The notes under the pieces are model-generated. The model saw only the letters and a program-made list of their open reading frames with translations. It was not told where the DNA came from and did not search any database. This document shows positions 1 to 13,679 of a DNA stretch of 64,000 bases, in pieces. The translations under genes were made by a program, and so were the position numbers. Position 1 is the first letter of the stretch; each line of letters begins with the position of its first letter. The DNA lies in contig CM069140.1 in the NCBI GenBank assembly GCA_035221665.1, positions 52,142,001 through 52,206,000 of the forward strand, read 5' to 3'. Origin of the DNA: Okamejei kenojei. Taxonomy: Eukaryota.

Positions 1-392
1 TGACTACCTACGTCCACCCGCGGCATGCTACGACAAGGTAAGACAATTCAGTCGCCGGTACCTGCCGCCGGTTGACGTGGGTAGTCGCCAATGGAATTCA
101 CCAAAGTCAGCACTGGCGACAACCTACGTCATCCTGGCATCAACCAACGTCATCATGGTGACAACCTACGACCGCACCTACGTCAGGAGAAGACAAACTA
201 CGATCATTGGCGTCAAGCCCACTGTCGCCGAAAAGTTGTGAACATTTCAAAATCCAGCGGCAACCAGAAAAACGCTGCGACTCTTTGGGCAACTTGAAGA
301 GACTACTGACGACCGTACAGGTGTCACCCCGCAACCATGTGCCTAGTCGTCTGTAGTCGCCTAAGAAATTGCCTAAGTGAGACACGGTGGCA
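1..392. mobile_element. Right part of a CpG-rich non-autonomous DNA transposon, PIF/Harbinger-like (truncated by window start)
   Basis: CpG-rich island with internal repeats (gacaacctacg/acctacgtc) and sub-terminal gcctaag repeats. It ends immediately before TTA followed by a Penelope-type repeat fragment (ttactccagcactttgtgtcta). A TWA target is typical of Harbinger; the family call is inference. Confidence 0.45.
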
Positions 393-1104
393 TTACTCCA
401 GCACTTTGTGTCTATCTCTCCACCTGTGGTCCATATGGTGAGGATTTTCTGAATTCACTGTGCTGTTGGGAGAAATCTGGAACCAAACTCAGCCAGTATC
501 ATTGCAACTCCTGTGTTTGTGCAGCAGGTGGTTCAAATGTACCAGAAGGGCTGTGGACTGTAGGTTGGTGGTGGGACATTTTGGCACCATATTGCTAGCA
601 TTTCCTAGCTCGTTCCAGGAAAATTAATGTCACTAAACACAGTGAGTAAACAGCTGATTTCACATGTACATTAATTTCCCAAATTGTGCATTCCTTTTTC
701 TATGCACTTCAAACTGCTGGCAAGGATGTAGTTCTTGTTCTTGCCACAGAAAAGTTACATATGGTATCAGGGCAGAACATGCTGGTAACAGTAGCTGCAG
801 ACAACCAGTTCCTACCTGACAGCAATATAATAGTGTATGGCTGCGTTTCCAACAACAAGAGTAGGTAATAACACCCAAAGATAAATGGGTAAATGTATAC
901 ATACAGATATTGTTGGACACTTTGCTGTATATTTCAAGAAATCTTGTTAGACTTACAAAAGAGCATTAATGACAACACTTCATTTTATTTGATATTAGTT
1001 TTGTTGTTTTGAGGGTTTTAATCATTAGCTAACAGTTTGCTACTTCCCCCACTGTTTTTAGATTCTTAAACAACCTTTTATATGTAAGGGATGAATTCCC
1101 AGCC

Positions 1105-1199
1105 TGTCTGAAGAAGGGTCTCAACCCGAAACGTCACCTATTCTTTCTCTCCAGAGATGCTGCCTGTCCCGCTGAGTTACTCCAGCTTTTTGTGTCTAT
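1105..1199 (+). mobile_element. Short Penelope-like terminal repeat copy with intact hammerhead-like core
   Basis: CTGAAGA-AGGGTCTCAACCC-GAAAC-GTC at 1108-1135, followed by the family body gagatgctgcctgtcccgctgagttactccagc. Confidence 0.75.
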
Positions 1200-1884
1200 T
1201 TCCAATTAGCTTTGTTGTGCTTTATTTTATCTGCAATACTAGCTGTAATACTACCTTCCGCACTTTACTTATTTTCCCTTTTGAGCTATACCAATACGAA
1301 TCGTTTCAGTGTAGAATACTGATTGATTTTTCCTGATATTACCGGTTGTAGTGCCAGACTACTGTTTTAGTAGAGATCAACTCACTCGTGGATTGAAAAT
1401 TGATACTTCTGTAAAGTTCAGTAAAACATTAGGCAATGTTTTTACCAGCTGCTTAGACTGATTTGTGCCATTACATAAATATTCTTTCCTCAGTGTGACC
1501 AATATTTAAGAAGCCTCTTGGCTTAATACACTGAGGGAAAAAAATCAATGATAATTGAGATATGATAATTGTGACATGATACAGTTTTAACGTATCTGGA
1601 ATACGATTCTTTATCCCCTTTTGATACATTTCAACCAACTATCCTTAGTTTAAGCTTTTTCAGCATAGAATGATAGTAATATAATTAGAAAGTTGTGAAT
1701 TTCTGTTCACAATCAAGGAAAACATTGAGTTCAACAGCTGACATTAAGATGAATAATTCCTCTTTGGTCACTAGTCTTAAACATATACCATTTCTCTCCC
1801 ACTGATGCTCCCTGACCTGCTGATTAGTAGACGTCTAATGTGTTGCTCAGACTAACGCTGTCTAACTCAGTTTCGATTGGATAG

Positions 1885-2200
1885 GTTTAGATTTTATTAT
1901 TGTCATGGCTACCAATATACAGTGAAAAGTTTTTTTTTTGCATGGTATCCAATCAAATCAGATAATACCAGACACAAATACAATCAAGTCAAACTCAAGT
2001 ACAATAGGGAAAGATATAGAGCGCAAAATGCCATTCTCAGCGTTGTAGTGCAACAGTTATAGAGAAAAAGTCCACAATGAGGTAAATGAAAATGGACTAT
2101 ACCCTTGTTTATGGAGGGACCATTCAGAGGCCTGATAACAGAGGGGATGAAGCTGTTCCTAAGCCTGGTGGTGCATGGTTTCAAGCTTCTGTATCTTCTG
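1885..2200 (-). mobile_element. Rex1/Babar-type LINE 3' end fragment
   Basis: Minus-strand peptide TTRLRNSFIPSVIRPLN resembles the C-terminus of the RT element at 31455-32622 (TTRFRNSYFPKAIRLLN). Ends in AATAAA plus a short-repeat tail. Confidence 0.6.
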
Positions 2201-2318
2201 CACGATAGTGAGGTCAGAACTGACAGTCTTAAGTAGTGTTTTGTCTGTGTGTTACATTCGGCAACATGCAGAGAGAAAAACTGAATAGAGGGTAATAAAA
2301 GATGATCAATCAGGTATT

Positions 2319-2500
2319 AGAACACAAAGTATTGCAGTAACTCAGCGGCATCTCTGGAGGTTGTGGATAGGTGACGCTTCGGTTTGGGACACCAGTCTGT
2401 CACCTGTCCGTGTCCTCCAGTGATGCTGCCTGACCGCTGAATTACTCCAGCACTATGTGTTTTATGCACGATTCCACCATCTGCAGTCCCACGTGTCCAC
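2319..2500. mobile_element. Fold-back (inverted pair) Penelope-like terminal repeat, degraded
   Basis: A minus-oriented copy (about 2319-2390) is followed by a plus-oriented copy (about 2398-2500). Imperfect flanking repeat aggtattag/aggtagtag. Confidence 0.65.
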
Positions 2501-3054
2501 AATAGGTAGTAGTGCTGGCAATGTTCTGGTGTTTGACATTGTTGGTTAAGTATAAGATGTTTGAGGGTAAAAGGAGGAAAGGTTATCGGAGGAAGGCATT
2601 TGCATCTCTATCGTAGAGTTGTGAATTACTTAACTCACTTTACATTAAAAATAATAATTTCTTACAGATATATGTAGAAGTGGATTTAGCAAAGTTTACA
2701 ATGTTGATTACTGATTTCTTGTGTTTTATCTTTAATATATGTTGGGTGATTTCAAATTAGCTTTTAATTCATTGCTGTGTGAGTAGCTGTGGCCTAGAAG
2801 TTGTTCAACACTGCAGTTCTGCATTAAGAAAGAGTTGTGGGTCACCTTGAAGCTGACTGAAGTTTTGTATAAAGAGGGAAAACTTTGTTTGTGTGGTTCA
2901 TAGTTTTTCCCGCGTAATACTTCTCAACAGACATTATTGTTTCCAGCATGGTGTTCCCTCTTCATTTCCAGTTTTCACAATCCTTAGCATCTTGCTTAAC
3001 AATACAGTTCCCAACGTGTTGCTTAGCTGGTGCATTGTATGCAGAGTGCTTTCT

Positions 3055-3337
3055 GAAGGACATAGGTTCAAAGGTGAAGGGGAAAAGATTTAATAGAAAT
3101 CTGAGGGGTAACTTTTTCACACAAAGGGTGGTGGGTGTATGGAACAAAGGAGCTGGTTGAGGCGGGGACTATCCCAACATTTAAGAAACAGTTAGACAGG
3201 TACATGGATAGGACAAGTTTGGAGGGATATGGACCAAGCGCAGGCAGGTGGGACTAGTGGAGCTGGGACATGTTGGCCTGTGTGGGCAAGTTGGGCCAAA
3301 GGGCCTGTTTCCACATTGTATCACTCTGACTCTATGA
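3055..3337 (+). mobile_element. CR1/HER1-like LINE 3' end
   Basis: Encodes GHRFKVKGKRFNRNLRGNFFTQRVVGVWN (CR1 ORF2 C-terminus, frameshifted), followed by the gggccaaagggcctgtttcc 3' hairpin and a short-repeat tail. Confidence 0.85.
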
Positions 3338-4544
3338 CAGATTACAATGTAACCAACAGTAATACAGCTGCTGGGGAATCTAGCTGTTGAATTGTTGAAA
3401 TCTGAATGTCACTGTTTCTGGAGTGGCAAGACGAATGACACCTAACTGTTCATCGATAAATAAGAACTAATTGAAGTTCAAAATATCGCAGCTGAAGAGC
3501 TTTTCTGAACTTTGTTGAACTTGGATGATGGAGTTCAACACCAGAAAACAATTAAGGAAATGACATTTTTTTCAAAAGCATCACAAGACTGATCCCAGTG
3601 CCAGAGCCAAATTATGATTTGAGAGGAAGTCACTGGAAAATAACCTTAGTTAGGATTGTATACGTTCGTAAATGATGTGATGAAATAAATTCAGGATAAT
3701 TTCTAATTAATTACAAAAATAAATCAAGTGACCCAAGTTCAAATTAGTAAAAGGTAACTTTTAGGCTGATATTGGAAAGTTTTCACACGAGAAATGATCA
3801 GTACGTGGCATGGATTTTACAGTAGTCTATGCATATGGAAATCCTGAAATTAATTAAGGAGCAATATTGCAAAAAGGGTTGACTTGGTTGGATGAATTAA
3901 ACTAGGCTACATTACTTTGTAGATTTATCACAAGATTTGGATAATGAAATTTTCAGAGTCTTGCGTTATATAATATTTGTTTCAGTTGTGGAGGATGTGG
4001 CGGAGTAGGATTTATTATTTTCTCATATATCTGAGGGCTTTAAGAATAAACCATGTGGTGTGTACATATAGGACAGATTGGGAAATAATTCAGCTATTCC
4101 ACACGTGTTATGGCATTCCAGCAACAATCGTGGTCAGTTTTTGGTACTAACTAGATTTTTAAATCATTTTCCAACTAAATATGTTTTGCATTTACAATTT
4201 CAATAGTACAATATAGTATATAACTTGATTTTCAAAGCAAAATTACATTTTTCTTGATATCCGCAACAGTTCAAATGTTTTGTTTTGGGTGAGTGGCTAG
4301 GTATATGACATAGCAAATAGTTATTTATTTTTCCTGCCCTTAATTCACATGACCTTTACCTGTATAGAGCCATCTGTCAAACATTTGTGGGTGGAGCAAA
4401 GATAGTGAATAGCTGTCAAACCCTAGCCTAAGGCAGTGCTTCTTAAACTGGTGAATGAAATTAGTTTGGGGTGCATTAAACTAGTGGGGTGAATGACAAA
4501 TGATCTAGATATTTATATATTTTTTTCTACACTTAAAAAAGGCA

Positions 4545-4818
4545 TTGCCATTAAGGGACAGAGGTTTTGGGGTAACGTGAGGGGGAACTTCTTTACTCAG
4601 AGGGTGGTGGCTGTGTGGAATCAGCTTTCAGCAGAAGTGGTGGAGGCAGGATCGATTTTAACATTTAAGAGTAAAGTGGGTAGGTATATGGACGTGAAGG
4701 GGATGGAGGGGTATGGTCTGAGTGCAGGTAGATGGGACTAGGGGCAAACAAATGGTCGGCACGGACTGGAAGGGCCGAGAGGGCCTGTTTCCGTGCTGTA
4801 ATTGTTATATGGTTATAT
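4545..4818 (+). mobile_element. CR1-like LINE 3' end
   Basis: KGQRFWGNVRGNFFTQRVVAVWNQLSAEVVEAG plus the conserved 3' UTR. Confidence 0.85.
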
Positions 4819-7258
4819 TAAAGTGGTTAGTAAGCTCTTATTGGTTTTAATGGCAGTGGAAATGTGATATGTTTTTTTCTCTCTACCTATGGTTTTCTAA
4901 TTTCAAAGTAGCAGGATATTTCCCAAATTTACTGTAATATAACCTTAGAGGTTAGAGGAAGACCAGACGAGCTAGTGGGATCATTAATGTATAAATGGCG
5001 ACACTGGAGGATTGCTGTAGGCAACTGTTGAACTGTAACTTTACTTTGTGTAAAATTTAGCTACCAAAGTTGATACTTGGTGGTATTGTGAGCTTTCGTC
5101 GGGGAGAGTTATAGAAAGTTATATTAGTTGGATACTAATATATTAAATCACATATTCCATGGTTTTTTTTAGCTAGTTTTCCAAGAAAAAAACTGCAGTA
5201 ATCAATGCCTGAAAGGGTAGGATGAAGCTGAAGTACAGTATTTATGTTGGAATGGTTTTTTATCATACAGAATGATTTTCTAACTCCAATGGTAATTAAA
5301 CTATTTTTTTCACTCCTAGTTTTCTTTACATTTTTAGGATGTTCAAAAAGTGGAATAAAATAAACACTTAAGAAATTAGTTAATTTATATTTTTTGCTCA
5401 TGTGACAAAATAAATTAAGTATAAAATTATACACAAGGAAGAATAAGACAAAAATTACCAAAAACCATAAGAAAATTTAGTTGAGGGTGAATGAAATTTT
5501 GTGATAAAGACACAAGGGTGAATGATACTGACATCGTTTAAGAAGCACTGGCCTAAGGCACACTCGTGTGGTTTGACAATTCTAAAATTCCCAAAACACA
5601 CCAAACCTCAAAAATTTACAGGGAATTGAAAGCATGATTTTTTTTTTTGGATTATTTAAAAAAATATCCCTGGATTAAATATCAAACATATTGGTGTTTA
5701 CACCTCTGTCAATTGGTCTGAGATATGATGAACTCAGTGGAAAGTTCAATTTTGGGGGACAAATGTACTCAGTATGGTCCACTTGATAAATGTATTTACT
5801 GAGTAAATGATCCTTTAGTTTGGACCTGATGAAACCACTTCTCGCACCCTTCCAGGCCACCCTATGTTTTGCTGAATTTTGGCTTGGATTATCAGCAGTG
5901 CTCCATTTAATAGGAATTATTTTATTTCAATGGGAAATTGTGGGTCCTGCACATAAATGGTATAGATACCTTTTATTACTCATATAAAAATTATAATGTA
6001 GGCACATGACCTGCAAAGTTTGCGCCTCCAAAGATGCAAAATCTAGGATTTTGTAATCCCTGGAGATAATCTGGCTTCAAATATGATTTGAAACTTGCCT
6101 TGCAGCAATCTTCCAAGCATGAATTCCTAGGAACTGCTGGACAAAATCTTTAGCAATGAGGTATAACATTTGATCATATCTAGCTCTATCCATAGAGAAT
6201 TTGACAGCCAGTTTTACATTGTCTCCTATTTAGCCAGTTGTAAAGGATCCATGTAGAAATAGGAGTGGCATGATCCAACGTTAGAGTGAGACTGCTCCTT
6301 TTAAGGGCTATTATGGGGACGATGGAGTAATTGGCCTCTTGTACTGTAAGATTTCTTCGATTCTATGATATTTTATGATATCAGGCAGCTTATTCGATTT
6401 TCTAAAATACCTTCCCACCATTTTACCCTGATCTGCCCTGTCTCTCTACTTCACAATATGAGGATTGCTGTTTTGCTTTAGCAGGAGTAGTGCCGCGGAA
6501 TGTCGACTCACTATCCTCATTTCATGGGCTACAACTGCTGGCCTTGTCAGCAATGCCCAGATTCTAATAAATAAATAAATAAATGCCTGCACGCAATCCG
6601 TCAACTCTCCTTCTAAGTGGTTTCTGCTATCGTGCACTCAAAAGGGGCAATGACTGGAGGCCTGTTGGAAATCAGCTGCTGATGATTTGGAAAGAGAGAG
6701 GACAGGAGAAATCAGGAGGAATGCAGTAGCAGCAGGGTAATCTGTTCCAGGGTCTGTACTCTTGTGAGATGAAGCATATGTTCACGCTCATGACTCTACT
6801 CTTGAAGGCCCTGCTGGTTACAGTCTGATCAATGACCCATGTAATCTGCCCTTATGTTCTGAAGAACTGGATTAAAAGGGTCACATTGGAAGCTGTGCTT
6901 GGAATCCTTTAACTGCTTAATTTGTGGCTGTGAAGCTGATAGATTCTCCAGTCTGTTGTTAGAAAAGGAAACATTTTGGCATATCCTTGCAAACACCAAT
7001 AATTGAATCTGGTCACATTTAAACTAGATTGAAACATACTTCTTATCCTTCATATGCCAAAGTATGTGAGCTATACAATTGGAGATCAATCAATTTCATA
7101 CTGGCAGCATTGAAAATCTTTTTTAAAAAAACATCAAATATACTGTATAGGGTATCAGAGTTGTATGTGTCTACATCTATCTAGGATCAAGCCTGAATGA
7201 AACAGGCTCCAATTTACTGTGGAGGTTTAGTTACTGAGTATATTCAACATAATATTGG

Positions 7259-7391
7259 AAAGATTTCTGGACCCAAAACGTCACCCATTCCTTCTCTCCA
7301 GAGATGCTGCCTGTCCCGCTGACTTACTCCAGCATGTTGTGTCTATCTTAACATGCATCTGCAGTTCTTTCCTACACAAAAGATTTCTGGA
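7259..7391 (+). mobile_element. Penelope-like terminal repeat copy with 13-bp TSD
   Basis: aaagatttctgga is duplicated at 7259-7271 and 7379-7391 around the family body. Confidence 0.85.
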
Positions 7392-8059
7392 TGTTAATTA
7401 AGATGAACAAAGTTAAAATAGCTAAATGGCAATGAGAAAGAACATTAGCCATAAACCTAAAGAATGATGGAGCAGACAGGAGTGGTCATATAGCCATCTA
7501 GTGCTTATGTTTTTTCTGTTCTGAGAGTCTTGTGATCTACATAGGATTCTAACTTCTGATTCTAACTGAGGATAACTGTAATTTTATTTTTTGTTCTTTT
7601 GCCTTTTGCCCAACACTTTGCCATATACATGGTCTTAAAATAAAACTCTAGCAGATCACCAACCATGTAACAAGTAAAAAAAGATTATTGCATTGGAGCA
7701 TATTAATGGGAGCAACAATCACTTATACTGTCACAAATAGTTACGGTAAGACCTTTTTGTAGTTGAGATCATCCAAAGGGAGAGATTAATCCAAGTAATA
7801 GAAAAACACAGTATAATTAGAAATCCAAAACGAGTTTGGTATTATTTTTTATTTATTTATTTGTTTGAGTGTAATACAATGTTATTCAAAAATGGTTACA
7901 AACATTTTAAGGGGAACATTTTGGAATCGGTAGCATTTGTTTGATTTGGATATAAAAAAAAGCTCTTGGGGAGGTCTTGGTGAGGGCTGTAATATTTATA
8001 AATTGTATGCCCTTTTGAACTAAACAGACCCATATCGCTCCAAACCTTGCCCATCAATT

Positions 8060-8240
8060 TAACCATATAACAATTACAGCACGGAAACAGGCCCTCTCGG
8101 CCCTTCCAGTCCGTGCCGATTTATATAGATAGGAAAAGTTTGGAAGGATATGGGTCGAATACAGGCAAATGGGCCTCGTGTAGATGGGTATCTTGATTGA
8201 TGTGGACGAATTGGGCTGAAGGGCCTGTTTCTGTGCCATA
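8060..8240. mobile_element. Two abutting CR1 3'-end fragments in opposite orientation
   Basis: 8060-8119 is the exact reverse complement of 4756-4815. 8120-8240 is a plus-strand CR1 3' UTR. Confidence 0.8.
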
Positions 8241-10734
8241 TGAACCAGCAGCTAATCAGCAGATTACTCTGCAATATCCATCTTATGCCAGTGCTGCCAT
8301 AGATATGTCAGAAGAGATTTCTGGTAGGTTAATAACCAAACTGAGCCAATTACCCACTTGGTAGGATGTGACTTTTGCTGTGCATTTAACCTCTTGTGCA
8401 TTGAGATTACTGATCTACTTTGTATGGAGGTTCTTAGATCCATTTCGGGGATATCAGTTCTCACTATTTATCTGGAGACTCTTCTGTCTTCTTGAACATC
8501 TCTCCTTTCTGATCATTGCAACAAGGCTTCCAGTCAAGCCTGCTCCTTCTCATGATGTGCTGTTCATCACAATTTCTCACAGCCGCTGAAGCTGCTAGTT
8601 AAAAGCTTACAAGCACCTGCTCCAACCAAGCTGCATCTTCCTTTTAAGAGGCATAGAGCACAGTACACTACGTTTCTTGGGAACTACTCAAGATATTGTT
8701 TACTTACTGATTGGTCCAGCTACTCAAACACAAAGCAATGCTGGTTGGATGTTACAATCATGGAAATGAGCAAACGGCTCAAAACTGACGTGCTGCTTGT
8801 ATTCCACTCGACGGGTGGAGATGACAGCATATCTTCTTCGTCACTGCTGCCCCTTCTGGGCTTTTAAGTTCAGACATAGTAACACTGCTCTATGGAATTA
8901 ACTATACTCAGCATCCAACCACTTTGAGTACAATTAGGCTTTTTATTACATTGAGATAATGTTGCTGAAAGAAGACATCCCTCTGAGAGACAAAAACATT
9001 CCCTCTTTCCATTCATTTCTCCAAAATAAGCGGTACAGGTTTAATGGAGACTGTGTAAGTCTTGCATAATATTTTTCTTTCATTTTATTGTATCATGTTC
9101 TGTAAGAAATTGCCGAGGGAAGACTTTACTTGATGAATACGACTTTTTATTTAGGAATGTTAGACTTAATTCCAAATGTGCTGCGTGTGCAGGGTCGCAT
9201 TCAGTAAAGATTTGTCTTCTAATCCCACTTTGTGTGTTTTTTTTCCCCTTTCAATTATTTGCACAAACAAAGAAGGTTGTTGTTGAGAAGAGACTTATCT
9301 GCTACACCCAGCAGAGATTTGAAGCAGGCATACCACAGAGCACCCAGCCAGCGCCATGGTGAATGATACAATGTAGGCTGGCATTGGAAACTCAGCTGAG
9401 TGGGCAGGAAGAACAGTGGACTCTTTGTAAAACTCAGAACAATGATATTTCTTTTAGAGACTGTTCCCCTTCAGGCTGTTGTGACCCCTTTTAGTATTTT
9501 GTTCACACATTGCCAGTCTTTTTTTTTAAAGATTTGAAGTGGAAATTGTCCTTATTCATAGTAAATTGTCATTGCACTGGCTTGAAACCTGAATGGTGCA
9601 TATCGTATTGGTAAATAATTGGGGAATAAAGAGCAAAGCATAGTCTGTCTTTTTTTCTGTTGCATTCTGTCTACTAATCCCTGTTGTGTGCAGCTTTTTC
9701 CCATGTTTCAATTCCGTTAGAGAAATGAGCAGTCAATTCCCAACAAGTTTGGCTTTTAAGTTTACTTTGTCCAATTTTCATGTTTTCAATTGCTTTTGCA
9801 TACACAAGGATGCATTACACAGAACTTAAGGGACCAAGATCTTCCAGTAAGATATATTTATATATAAGGGTTGGCAAATCTCCCACAGCTTTGCTTTGTA
9901 AATTAGCAGATGTTCAGTGGTGTTTTTATTGTCAAATGTGCAAAAGCACAGTGACATTCTTTTCTTACATACAGTCCAGTACAGTATTGCCATATCTGAG
10001 CACATCCTCGATTAGCAAGTGTGCAGAAATAATCTACTGAGACTGCAGGCAAGAGGCGCCATGTTTTGGTGCCATTTTCAATGTCCAGTTCATTCTCTTG
10101 TTCTCATGAGCAGTGCCAGGCAAGTCCCAGGCTGCCAGCCATCATCTTTCTTGGGTGCGACGTCCACCTTTGTGCCCCCTGGACGCCTCCCGCAGCCGAC
10201 CTAGAGGGCACGGTAGGGCACACCCCGGTTCCCTCTCCTTCCAGTCTTGGGTTATATGTTGGCCTAAGAGAGATGACCCTTCTTTCTGCACGTTAACACA
10301 TTCTGGTGCAAGTTACGCATCCCAAATTCGCATCTTGCTGCAGTTTACCGGTTGCTAGTGTAGAAATTTCAACTGGTTCCGCCACTGAGATGGCTGACAT
10401 GTTATGGGATGCAGCATTGATGGTAGATAGGGCAGACCTGGATTACCTGTCTCACAGATTATTCCACTTCTTCCTTGCCCCAGGATAGGAAACAATTTGC
10501 CACTAATTATTAAAGTTGTCTGCTTAGAGTAATTTTCCTCCTGAGTGTAGTAATTTTGCCTGTAAAATTGAAGTGGTTGTATTAGCAGCTTCTGGACCAT
10601 AAAATTTGTTCCTCAGTGGACCAATAAGTGCTTAGATCATTGAAAGTTTGGCGATTGAAGAGCTAATTTCATCATTGATATTACACAGTAACTATAGGAT
10701 TGTGACAAATTAGCTGTAGTCCATTGACTGCGTC

Positions 10735-10884
10735 ACGTTGAATTTCAGTCTGAAGAAGGGTCTTGACCCGAAACACCTCCTATCCATGTTCTCTGGTGAT
10801 GCTGCCTGATCTGCTGAGTTGCTCCAGCGTTTTGTGTCTTCCCCTGGTAAACCAACATCTGCAGTTCATTGCTTCTACGTTGAA
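10735..10884 (+). mobile_element. Penelope-like terminal repeat copy with 8-bp TSD
   Basis: acgttgaa at 10735-10742 and 10877-10884. ctgaagaagggtcttgacccgaaac core starts at 10750. Confidence 0.8.
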
Positions 10885-11223
10885 GACGTCACTTTTCGCT
10901 CTGCTGCAAATCTGATCTGATAGGGTAGTAGTCAGCAAACAACATGACAGCATGTAAAGATTTATTCCTCCTTTATCATGGGGACGTCTGCTGATAGAAA
11001 GCCACATGGTTTCCAATGGTTTCCCAATGCCCAAGAGACAACTCGGGACTATAAGACTGAAGGAGATTGCAAAGAGGGGCAAGCGAGTGGACACGTTTGA
11101 ACTCATGGGTGGAAATTTTAAATGTATCATTTGAGGTTCTAGAAGCGATGTTTTCCTTTGGAGTATTTATACTGTCCATGAAAATATTCATGCTGCAGTT
11201 AATTTGAGAATATTAAAAAAAAT

Positions 11224-11523
11224 CTTTAGACTTTAGATATACAGCATGGAAACACACCCTTCGGCCCACCGAGTCCACACCGACCAGCCATCACTCCATA
11301 CACTAGCACTATTCTACATATTAAGGACAATTTACAATTTACAGAACCCAATTAACCATCAAACCTGCATGTCTTTGTGTCTGTGAGTGGAAACTGGAAC
11401 ACCCAGAGAAAACCCACATGGTCACAGGAAGAACGTAAAATCTCCGTACAGACAACGCCCGTAGTCAGGGTCGAACATGGGTCTCTAGCGCTGCAAGTCA
11501 GCAACCCTACCATTGCACCACTG
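11224..11523 (-). mobile_element. tRNA-derived SINE (HE1/V-SINE-like)
   Basis: The minus strand shows a tRNA-like head with A/B boxes, the central ...gtgaccatgtgggttttctctgggtgttccagtttcc domain and a CR1-like 3' tail. Homologous to 30090-30392 and 40550-40846. Confidence 0.8.
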
Positions 11524-13679
11524 TTATTATTCATTTTTTTCTATTCATGATTTATTTTTCAGTTGTTCAACAGCTCTGTTGGTCACAGGGAAATTTTCAA
11601 GCTGCACAATTGGGGCCTGGCTATTTGAGCTGAGTCCTCCATGCAGACACTCAATGGCCTTACTTTGGCCATATGCATGCTTAGGAGTTAAATCAGCCTT
11701 CATTTATTCTGAGATCTGCTTCAGTTTTAAGACCTCACAGTTTGACGTGAGCTATTACTGAGGATTTTTACTGCTGTTGCCATTCCACTGCTTGTCATAT
11801 GATGGCTTTTAATTTAAAGCAATTAGTGCACTCTGAAATGACATGATCCACGGAGTGGTCATAATAGGTATCAGAAAAAACTCCCCTGGTCTCCAAACAG
11901 CTCTTCAGTTACTGGGACTCATGTATAGTATTTTTGCAGCTGGCAAATAAGACTTTTGCATATTTACCTTTTGTAACAGAATTGATGCGAATAGCTTGGA
12001 AAGTGAGGAAGAAACATTAGCAATCAAATGCATGACAAATAGGCATTCCCGAGTCTGAGGCATTTTTCACTGCTTCAAACCATCACATAAGCTCTCTGCT
12101 TTTGAAGTTAGTCAGTCAAACAATGATAATAAACACTATCAGCTTAACATAGGATGCGGCTCCATTTAACATAGGTCTCAGTCTTTAAATCAACTTCATT
12201 TGCATTTTACAAAAGCCGACTGATTTTTCTTGGCTATTGATCGCACTCACCACTTTATCTTTATTTTCCGATGGTGGGCAATATATCGATGAACAAAATG
12301 AAATGCAAATGTCAGGATTACAAAGGGTGAAATTGATCTTTGATGGCATTGCAGAGAGGACAATGACAAATTGTTTGCCCTTTTTTTACCAATCAGTCGC
12401 TTATCTTTTCCAGAGACTGTAATATAAAAGAAGATTGCAAAAGCTATAAAATAAGAAGCAAGGCTGCTATAAGTTTTTTTTTTCTTGCCACTGGTATATA
12501 CTAATTTTGACCCCAGCATTTTTTACTGTCATTTCGCATCTCTAACATGTATTTAATTTTCTGATGACTAGTAAATGAGAACTATAAATGGTGAAAGTAT
12601 TCAACAGATCAGACAGCGTCTGTGTGGGTAGGGTTAATTTAATATTATTATTCAGACCCACTGTCCTTGTTCTTTATAGTGCATGGAGAAAAATGTCAAT
12701 GAATCTTACAGTTACTAAAGTAATTTGCAGTATCAAGTAAATCGTTCACTGTAGATCTGACTGAAGAATGAGCACTCAGGAATGAATATGGACAAAATAC
12801 ACAAACTTGATTTCTTATCAAAGAAAATAGTGGCTTTTTTAAGCTGCAAATTGCTCTCTGCCAAGATTCTCAGAGGAAATGAGAAAATAATCGGAAATAT
12901 ATGGTCTAATGGCAAGCCAACATTGAGCTATGAGAGGGTTAAAGCGTTTGGTGAAGTAAATACATGAGGTTTACTGCAGCTGAAAACATTATGTCTTTTC
13001 CTTCCAAACCAAAGTAGGCTGCTTGAGAACAGGGACCCTCCACATATCAGCAGTATTTGTCAACTGACTTACAAAGACAATTTTGGACAATAGTAACTTT
13101 AATTATTTGATTTAAAAAAAAGAAAGTTTTTAATATGTTGAGATACTTCCAGAATAGTGTCATTATTTGATCTTATGTCAGCAGCTAAATTTGACTTTGG
13201 TGTAAAATGATCAGCTAATTGATAACCTAATTGACTTTAGAGGCTCATAAACCAAATTAAGTTTTTACAGAAGTTAACAATACATTTGTTTAAACTTATG
13301 GGTTAATCATGGATTAACCTCTTTTAAGATGGGGGGGGTTACCAGTTAGAGAAAGTAATTTTTCTCAGGTCTATTTCTTTGCACCCTTTGAAGTTTCTGT
13401 TCATCTTATGTCATCCCATCTCTGGGAGTAGAAGTAAGGGTAAGGATCTTCCTCATAGGCTCATTCAGGCCTATTGAAATTACTGGCCACAGAACATGTG
13501 GGCTCTCTGTAAAGAATGCCAACATTGAGTGGGTAAAATGCCGTCGTTGGGAGACACCAGGATGTGTGCCTGAGCAACCCATTCATATCAGGAGGTGATA
13601 CATTATCCAGATCATCTGAATGGATGAGTTCATAGTGGTGCAGGAACTGGGGTGAGAGAGTAAGATCAGTGATGCAGAC

